In this document: positions 27,625-37,400 of the stretch, piece after piece
Layout of the letters: every line of letters begins with the position of its first letter
Numbering within the stretch: the first letter of the stretch is position 1
From: Candidatus Poribacteria bacterium
Lineage (GTDB): Bacteria; Poribacteria; WGA-4E; GCA-2687025
Direction: 5' to 3'
DNA: 64,000 bases
Assembly: GCA_963665845.2 (NCBI GenBank)
Contig: OY762492.1
Location: 2,272,001-2,336,000, forward strand
Made by a program: the position numbers and the translations under genes
Notes under the pieces: generated by a model
The model's input: only the letters and a program-made list of their open reading frames with translations
What the model was told of the DNA's origin: nothing
Databases searched by the model: none

Positions 27625-27969
27625 ATGCCCAACTACAGAGTCATACACACATGCGACCTGAAACCCGGAGCCGACACGGCGGCGTTTGAAAAATTCATGC
27701 TGAACGAATTCTTTCCCGCCAAACGGAAACTGCCCGGATGCCTCGACGCGCAGCTGATGCGCGGATACCGAGGCAGCCTGCCGGGAGCCGCCCGTTCCAA
27801 AGTCGATTACGCATGGATCACCCTCTGGGAAAGCGTTGAGCGCAATAATGAGGTATGGTCACGGGACGGCGAGCATCAAACGCCCGACTCGCAGCGCGAG
27901 CCGCAGGCGCGCCTTTACGAATACGCCGCCACCGTGACGCTGGTCGGAGGGTTTGTCGTTGCTTCTTGA
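27625..27969 (+). CDS. Hypothetical protein, dimeric alpha-beta barrel-like
   Basis: LKPGAD..AFEKFM, LPGC, DYAWITLWESVE pattern typical of ABM/Dabb folds. Confidence 0.65.
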   Translation: MPNYRVIHTCDLKPGADTAAFEKFMLNEFFPAKRKLPGCLDAQLMRGYRGSLPGAARSKVDYAWITLWESVERNNEVWSRDGEHQTPDSQREPQARLYEYAATVTLVGGFVVAS

Positions 27970-28106
27970 GTTGTATCGAAAGATATTTTCCTGTATGATG
28001 CGGTGAAAGGGCGTCTATGTGTAACCGGGCGGGCATCGCTGAACGTTCTGAAGTTAGCGGAAATTTTGCGTTTCCGCGCGCAAAACGGGCGGGGCGGAGA
28101 AAACGC

Positions 28107-28136
28107 TTGACACGTTCAGCCGCCTCGGTGTATTAT
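28107..28136 (+). promoter_or_regulatory. Sigma70-like promoter for the giant protein gene
   Basis: TTGACA-18 bp-TATTAT. Confidence 0.5.
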
Positions 28137-28482
28137 AGGTTGTTGCCTGGCGCCGCTGTTTTTTTGGCGGTCGGGCGAAGCGGAAAGGATTGATCAATTT
28201 TGGCAAACGGCTCAGATTGTTTCAGTTTCGGTTGCATCGCGCGCCTGTCCTGCGGTAACATAAGGGCGCGCCAAATGAAAGCGCAACAGACATGCGGGCG
28301 GATACGCCCCTTTACCTCGGATTTGAAAAAAGTTTGGACGATTACGCATGATTGATGGAGGGCGTCAGGTGGACGACAGACGAACCAACACGCAACGCGA
28401 TTCGATTGCATATCAACGCCGCGACGCGCAGAAGCCGGCGGCAAACCAGTTTTCCATGAAAGCCATCAGCAGGAGGGCAACG

Positions 28483-31400
28483 GTGTTTCATTCAAAAGGC
28501 GCGCGGCGCCTGTTCTCAACGGCGTGGGCGTTCGCGCTGCTCGCGCTGGCAACTTTCAGCGCATCGGCGCAAACTCCGACACTAGCCGTCTCGCCGACAA
28601 GCGTGAAGGTCGGGGATCTTGTAACCGTGACCGGCGCCAGCTACACCGCCAACCAGGGCGTCGGGCAGCTCTCGGTCGCCGGCACTCCCATTGAAACGGG
28701 AGCGCATCTGCTCTCCGCTACGGTCGGAACGGTTAGCGGCAACAATATCACCGCCAACGCAAGCGGCGCCTTCACCGTTACTTTCCGCGCCCCCGCCACA
28801 ACAGGCGGAGAAAAAACGGTCAACCTGACCGGCTCGACGGCGACAGGCACCTACGACGTTATCCCGCGCATCGTCCGCTTTTCGCCGCTCTCCGTTAAAT
28901 TCGGCGATAGAATGACGATTGTCGCGGACGGATTCACCAAAGATCAAGAGGTGGAGGTCCGCTTTGGAGGAGCCACCTATGCGGACGGCCATGTGCAGAG
29001 CAAAATCAAGGCGAACGGCAATGGGCAGATCAACGGGCAGATTGACGTTAAAGCCGCGCCCTACGCCGACGGAACATCCAGCCATCCGCTCCATAAACTT
29101 TGGGTCGGAGCCGACGTTTCTCGCGACACAGCGGTCGGCGTTTCGCCATACCTTAAACCTGGCGCGCAGACCGTGAAGGGCGGCGGCAAGATCAAGATCC
29201 TGGCGCATGGCTTCCCCGCCGGCGCGGTCACTTTGGATGTTGGCAGGGATATCACTTCTTTCGCAACAGCTAACGCTGCAGGCTCCATCCAAGACGGAGA
29301 TGACGTTAACAAGGCCGCCGAGATTGATCTGCCCGCGGTCAGCTTCGGGCGGCGCGATCTGGTGCTGAAGAGCGGCAACGCCGTCAGCAGGATCACAAAC
29401 GGCTTGAGCGTTGAGCCGTCGTTAAGCGTTGGAACGAAGAACACAGCGGGCGTCGGCGATGATTTCTCTCTCACTTTGGAGGGATTTGCGCATTACAAGG
29501 CGGTGAACAGCGTCAACGTCATCCAGACCGACAACACGGGAACCCATAGGGAAGCTGTCACGCTGGATCTGGTTCAGAACGGCTCGGTCGTCGCGGCGAA
29601 CGTCATGACAATTGACGCTTTCCCTTCCGACCCTAATTCTCAGACCCCCATCGGCGATGGCATCAACGGCGACACAGGGTCCATAACTGGCGAGACATAC
29701 ACGCTCAGCGCCGCGAATGCGTCGGCTCTGCGTTCGGGCGTGGCGACGCTGCGCGCGACCGGCGCTCTCAGCAGGATGTCGCAGGATGTCGTTTTCTTCT
29801 ACTCCAGCCCTGCCGACTCGCCGCGGCTGTTTGTCGTTGAAAAGGCGGACAGCACGACGATGATTACAAGCGCCGCGCCAGGCGGGACCATTGAACTTGT
29901 AGGAACCAGCTACCCGGTGAGCGCGAGCGCCGGCGCGTTGAGCATGGTCCGCGGCGGTCAGTCGAAGGCTCCTGGAGTCACTGTGACCGCAGACGCTGAC
30001 GGTTTGTTCTCTGTATCGGCGACGATACCGACCGATATCGCCGGCGGCGTATGGACGCTTGCATTTGCGAACTCCCCCACCGCCACGGCGACGATCAACA
30101 TCGTTCCGAGCAAACCCGACGTCACTCCTAAGTCTACGACGGTTGGAACCGAGCTGACGTTGAGCGGCAGCGGCTTCCTAGCGGGCGAAACGGTCACGTT
30201 GAGCGTCGGTTCCACCACCTCTGTTCGGGTGACGGACGGCAGCAACACGGACGGCGACACAAAAATCGGCGCGGTTTCGACGACCGTTCGGCTGGGTCCG
30301 ACGCCGTACGGCAAGCATAAAGTCATGGCGGCGCACGCGCGCGGGTCGACCGAAGGCGCCGAGCTGAGCGTGCAGAGCAAGATCACGCGTGTGGACGGCC
30401 TCTCGCGCGATAGAACGGGCGCGCCGGCGGATGAGCGGGTGACGAAGCGCCTCGGCGACGGGTTGACGATTGTCGGGACGGGGCAGGCGGCGAGCTCTGA
30501 GCTGCAGCTGTGGCTGGATGCGAACAGAAGCGGCGGCAAGAACGATGGCGACATCCATCTGAATACGAACAAAGCGACCTCCAACGCGAACGGGTCGTAC
30601 AGCATTGCGGCGGATTTGACCTCCGTCAACGTTGACAATCTAACCCATGAGTACCGCGTATTTCTTGTGGATCCGACGGCAAAAACGACCCAACCGGTTC
30701 CTGTTCTGGTGAAGTTTGACAGCTCCTTTGTGCGCCCCATTGCGGCGCATGTCACCAGCGTGAAGTCGAAGGATCCTGTGAATAAGCTCTGGATTCAAGG
30801 GATCGCCTACAACCAGAACGGACAGCCTGCTCCTGGCAAGAACCTCGGTTACCTGCTCCTGGATGGAGCGCAGCAGAATCTGGGCGGAACCGCCGCCGCA
30901 GATATGTTCAATGAAGGCGGCTCGTTCGATAAAGATCCGAGTTCCGGCGGGTTCCGTATTGAGATCAATACGCCGGAGCTGTCGAAGGGGCAGCATTCGT
31001 TGTCGCTGGGCGGGCAGACGGTGTACTTCACTGTGAACGAGCGGTGGGAAGGCGCCAATAAAAGCCTCAAGATTGGCGAAAGCCATAAGCTGACCGTTTA
31101 CGGGTTCGGCGCCAACGAGTCGATTCAGATCAAGATGGCAGGCCAGGTTGTCCGCACGGCGTCGACGAACGCAAGCGGCACCGCCAAAGATGTATCCTTC
31201 ACGGTTCCGAGCAACATCACGGGCGGCGACTACAAAGTGTCGGTTGAGAGCGGGTCGGTGAAGAAGATCGACACGCTCACGATCACGGTCATTCCGAGCA
31301 TCGCGTTCAAAGGCGATGACGACAAAGAGACCGGCGAGGCTCACGGGACGACGCAGGATACGGTTACAGTGACGGGCAAGGGCTTCCGCAAGGGCGAAGG

Positions 31401-34400
31401 CATCACCTTCACGTTCGGCGGATACAGCGTCGGAGTGACTGTTACGGCGAACTCGAACGGCGCGTTTGAGCAGCTGCTGCGGGTACCGTCCGCAAGTTAC
31501 AACAGGGACGGCGTTGAGTTCCGAGCGGTCGGCAACGCGTCGCTTGCGCATGCGACCGCGACGTTCCATATCTTTGCGGATCTGCGGCTTGCGGATACGC
31601 AGGAGCTTCAGGTCGGCTCCGGCACGGTTGCGGATGTGGTCGGCGACGGCTTTGCCAGCGGCGACACGATCAAGTTCACCATCAGCGGAAAAGACGCAAC
31701 CTCATCGCCGTCGACAGTGACGGCCGGCCCGAACGGATCCTTCACGGCGTCGCTGACGATGCCTGAGTCGCAGGGCGGCATTCAGACGATTAAAGCGGAG
31801 GCGACGAACGGCTCGCGGCAGATTGAGCATCTGCCGGTCAATGTCAGCCCCAGCCTTCAGGTGATAACCAATCCCGCTTCGGGAACGGTCGGGACTTGGC
31901 TCACCGTGAAAGCGAGGGGCTTCGAGAACAACAAGCGGGTCAAGTTCTTCGTGACGCACCCGAGTCTTGGCACTGTTAACGCGAGCACTCATGGGGACGA
32001 CCATAAGGCTAATCGCAACCTTGTCGGCAAGAATACCGGCTGGAACGGCTCCACCGACAATGTGCGGGTTCAGATTCCGACGCTTCCGCGCGGGACATGG
32101 ACGCTTGTCGTTCAGCAGGACGGAACAAACGATCCGTTGACCAATGCGCCGCGTCAGGCGACTGCAGACATTTCGGTCACGCCGCGCATCACGCATATCG
32201 AAGGCGAAGGCAACCAAGGCAAATGGCCAAAGGCTGTCACGGTGCGCAATGCGGACGATTCGTTCCGGACCTTCAGGGTTCAGGGCAACGGCTTCGAAGC
32301 CGGCAGCGCCCTCTCCGTGTACCACACCAACGCGAGCGGCGATGAGTTCACGATCACATCGGGCGGCGCGGTCAACGCCAACGGAACGTTTGATCTGCGG
32401 GCGCAGCTTGAGGATTCGGCGCACGGACCTTTCAAACTGTATGTTGCCGACAGCAAGGGCGGCGTTGCGACAGCGAAAGACGCGATTCGGGTCGGACCGG
32501 TGATCTTCGTTTCGAAGACCTCCGTGTTAAGGGTACCGGATCCAAATGATACGGAAAAGAATAAGATCCAGATCACCGGCTCCGGTTTCGCGGCGGGCGC
32601 GGTCACTTTCCGCTTTAAAAGCGGAGAGAACATGTTCACAGGGACGAGCAGCACGACCGTTATTGTCGGTCAAAAAGTGGTCGCCTTCAAAGGCGCTCTA
32701 AACCCGCTCGCGCCGAGTGGGTGGCAGACGATCGTCGCAACCGACAGCACGGGCGCGACGGCGGAAAAGAATATCCTGGTCGCCACCGAGCCAGGAATAC
32801 GGTTGACCTTGAATAGGACTGCCGCGCATGTGGGCGATGAGGTGGAGGCGACGGGAACGGGTTACGTTGCGAACACATCTTATCCCGCGCTGTTCGGCGG
32901 GAACCCTGTGACCATCACGAGCGCGACCGTCGGGCATTTGCCGACCAACAAGACCTACATTCGGACAGACGGCAACGGCGCCTTCCGCTTTAAAGCGAAG
33001 CTTCCGAATGCGACGAAGGGAACGCAGCAGCCGTTCCGCGTCGGCGCCAACCATGCGGTCGCCCCGATTCAGGTCACCGAGAAGGTGTGGTTGAGCGGCT
33101 CGTTGAACGGCGTTCAAGAGGGCGCTTCCTTCACCGTGAACGGATCAGGCTTTGCGCCGGGCGAGACGCTGGCGCTTGTGTTGGCAATAGAGGGCAACCC
33201 CCCGAACCCGCTTTACTTCTACACGCAATCCGGCGGGACCAGGAACGAAGTGACGACACGGGTGAAGCTTAACGGCGGCGCGGATGTCGGCAGCGTCATC
33301 TGGGACGGCAATGCGAACCGCGGTCCTGGCTTCCGCGCCCGTTCGAACGGCTCTTTCAGCGTGACGATGGAGTCGCCGGGCATCCCTCTGGGCAAATACC
33401 GCGTGGACGTTTTCAAGATGAACACGTCCAAGGGAGGCGCCATTACGTCGACAGGATCCTTGCGGGCGCGGTCGAGCAACACATTCACCTCAAGCGTGAA
33501 AGCGGTTTTGGCGGTCAGCTCCTCCACCGTTTACAACCAGTCGACAGGGGTCGGCGGGAACAACAACGGGCAGCTGTTCATCTCCGGTACCGGCTTCAAG
33601 GCAGGTCAAAATGTGACGGTATCGCTCCCCGGTTGGTCGCAGAATGTGACTCCGGACGCGGACGGCTTCGTGAACACCACCGTGACGGTCACCGGCGCTC
33701 AGTACGGGAACCATGAAATCTCGGCGGCAAGCAACGGCGTGGATCACAACACCTTTAAAAAGCATGGGTACCACGACGCTAAACTCAAAGTGAATGTGGC
33801 GTCGGAGATTGTGGTTGTGCCGTCGACCGCGAGTCCGGGACAGACGGTGACGATCCATGGCTTCGGTTTCGGCAACGACAACCGAGCCAACAAGAACGAC
33901 GAGCAGGTGCGGTTCCGCGCGAACGGCCTGGATATCGGCAGTGCGAAGGGCATCGTCGGCTCCCACGGCCGATTCTTATTCAACTATAGGCTCCCTAATG
34001 CCATCAAGGCCGGCAAAAACCTGACAGGAGTTCCGGGCGGAACGATCGTGGTGCGGGCTGAAGGGCATAGCACGGGCGGCGCCGGCGCCGCCGAGGACAG
34101 CCTGACCATCATTCCGGTGGCGAAGATCAAGAATACGTCGGTTGAGATCGGCGGCGACATCCAGATTGAAGGTTACGGGTTCCCGGCGGGGGCGGCGGTC
34201 CAGCTCTATCTGGATCAGAGCGCCAACGGCAGCGGCGTCTATGAGCTGGGAATAGCGCCCAGCGGCACGGAGAACAAGGCGAACGCGCGCGGCGGACTTG
34301 AAGCGAAAGTGACATCGAAGGCGTTTGTGAATCCGCACATTGCCCGCCATGTCCGGTGGCAGGTGCAGGGGACAGACGCGAATACGGCTGTCGGCGCCGG

Positions 34401-37400
34401 CAACACGACGAACACCTACGTAGCGAAGCCGTCCATCACGGTGGATCCGTACACCGGGCGCGGCACCGAGGACATTCAGGTTGTCGGAAAAGGGTTCACG
34501 CCCGGCTCCGCTTTGAGCGTGAAGGTCGGCGCTAACTGGGCGGCCGGGACGAGCGCGTTCTGGCAGAACGTGACGGTCGGGACGATCAACGGCGGCGGCG
34601 CCTCGTTAACTCCCGCCAATACGGGCGACTTCATCGCCCGTTTCAACGCGCCGACGGCTGCATCGCCGGGCAAGACGAAAGTTCATGTCGGCTCCGCGTC
34701 GTCTATCGCGTCGAAAGACTTCATCTACTCCTCGCCTACGGGGACGAAGATGCTGGAGGCCTTCGACGGCAAAAGCGGAGCCCCCGGCACAACGGTGAAG
34801 CTTCGCGGCTGGAACTACGGCAGCTTTGAGTCGGTCGGGCTTCTTCGGATCGACAACAGCGCGCCAACAAATAGTTCGCCGTTGATCCGGGACGCCGTGA
34901 AGCTCGGCGGCGACAGCCGCGGCTGGCAGGCGATCGGCGGTTATATCACCGCGGATGTGAACGGCGTCTTTGAGGTGTCGTTCAAGACGCCTCAATACAC
35001 GGCGGTTTCGACGAACGGAACGAAGTACATCAACACGCAGAACGGAGCCGCGCCAACGTCCGCCACGGTGACGATCACCTCTACCCTTGCGCGCAGTCCG
35101 CGGGTCGTCTCGCCTGGCTCTACCGTCACATTTACGGGCAGCGGCTTCGGCGCCAATCAGAACCTCGGCAAAGCGACGGTGGTTGGATTCGGGCAGCTGG
35201 GCAAGGAGATCAAGGCAGACGCCAACGGCGTCGTCACCGGCGCGACGTTCAAAATTCCGGACGAGAAAAACAGCGATGGCACCTTTAAAAATGCCAACGT
35301 TTACAACAGAAACATCAATATCACGTCGCCCTCCCTTAGCGGCGGCAACGATAAGAAGGATCTGCATCTTCGGAACGCGGAGGAGATCATTTACTTCTCG
35401 CCGACCAGCGGCGGCTCTGGGACGGTCGTTCGCGTCAAAGCGCGCGGCTTCTTCGCCAATTGGCAAGTGGAAGTTCAATTTGACGGCAAGCATGTCTCGC
35501 CGTATGACGTATTGAGCGGCAAGGTTCATGGCGGTCATTATGTCACGGCGAGCGCCGCTGGCGATCTGGACTTCTACTTCAACGTTCCGCCTTCCGACTC
35601 CGGCGCGCGTGAATTCTGGGTGCGTCAATATCAGCATGGCGACCGGAACAAGAATCATCGTACCAAGCAGCACAAGCGAACCTTCATGGTTGGCGCGATC
35701 ATTGCGGTTCGTCCTTTGAGCCGCGAGGTGGGCGAAGACTTGACGGTGACAGGAACCGGTTTTGGCGCCAATCAAGCTCTGACGGTGAATGTCGGCGGAA
35801 CGGTCATCCAAAAGAACGGCATTGACAGGACGTTCAAAGCCAACGGGGACGGCACCTTCAATGCGAAGTTCAAGGTTCCGGAAGTTCAGGGCGGATTGCA
35901 GACGGTGACGGTGGGCAGCGCGTCCTTCCGGTCGCTCATGGTCAACCCGAACTATACGCTGAGCGGCGTCAGGGCGAAGGTTGACGATCCTTCGACCCCG
36001 TTGATCGCGAGGGTTGACGATCCTTCGACCCCGTTGACCGTCACTGGATACGGTATGGAAGCCGGCACGTCTGTGATGATTTATCTTGACAACGACGATA
36101 AAGACCGGCAGAAGTCGCCACCCCTTCAGGTAGGGTCGAACGGAACGGTGAGCTGGACGTTCCCGACGATCGCGGCGACCTCCTCCGACCGCAGTTACAC
36201 GGCGACGCTGGTTGATTCGGGCGGCAACAGGCACGATGCGGGTACATGGCATGTGGTCAGTACTGCGACTGCGGCAACAGAGACGACGCAGTCCGGGAAA
36301 CTGTTCGGGAACTCCGGCGACGTGGTGACGCTTTCGGCGAAGGGCTTCTCTCGCTATGAGCGTGTGCGGGCGTTGTTCGGCAGCGTCAAGAACGGCATTG
36401 TCACCGGCATTTCCGCGATTGACGGCGAAGGCATTCCGGTGGATGAGAACGGAACGCTTGGCGAAACGAAGGTGCGCGTGCCGAATCTGGCTCCTGGCGC
36501 GACGAAGTTGATCTTGGTCGGACAGGCTTTGAACTCTCAAGGCAAGTTGAACCTGCATCAATGGGACTTTGCGGTCGGCAGCGAAACGAAAGATGTCTTG
36601 ACAGTGGCGCCGGCTATCAACGGCGGCAAGCCTATTTCGGAAGCCAGCCCCGGCGACCGCATCCGCGTTTACATCAATGTCGTCAACACGTTCCAGCCCA
36701 ACGAAGCTGTGACGGTGTACTATGACTACGATCCGGTCAATAAGACCGGCGCGCTGTCTCAGACAACGACAGCGGATCCCAACGGGTCCATACCGGCGGT
36801 CAGGGCGGTGTCGTTCACGGTGCCGGGCGGTCCGGGCGGTATGAAGACCATCGGAGCGGTCGGGGCGAAGTCGGGCGCGGAGCGCAAAGCCGAGTTCACG
36901 GTGATTCCGAAGGTGACGCTGCTGAATCCGTCCCAGTTTGATCTGGGCGATCAGGTTACGATTGACGGCGTCGGCGCCGGCGCGAATCAACCGTTGCAGG
37001 TGGAAATCGCCACCGCGAAGGATAATAATGCAGCGGATGGGTCGGGCGCCGTCTCGACGGTGACGATCGATTCGGGCGCGACCTCGGGCGCGGACGGGCG
37101 GTTCAAGGTAACCTTCCGCGTGCTGAATGCGCTGTATACGAAGAACCCGCAGCCTGTTCGCATCCGCGTCAAAAGTGGAAGCGAGCTGACCTCGCCATGG
37201 TTTGGACGCGCTGCGAAGCTGCAGGTGGTGACGAAGGGCGTTCGGGTGGCGCTGAGACCTGCCGCTGAAGGTCCGGGCGACGCCGTCTTGACGCTGGAAG
37301 GCACCGCCGCCGACTCGGGAGGCAATTCGCGCATTCTTGAGAACATCGGGAATGTGGAGTTGGCGCACGGCTCGATTAACAACGGGCAGCGGCGGAAGAT

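Noticed and set aside
28348-28482. ORF-track start of giant protein 1
   Set aside because: AGGAGG and the signal peptide position favour GTG 28483.
34606-37368. 920-aa minus-strand ORF and other long antisense ORFs (38458-40101, 45121-46467, 50923-52566, 7589-8974)
   Set aside because: They are shadows of well-supported plus-strand genes, Arg-rich and without recognisable motifs, as expected from GC codon bias.
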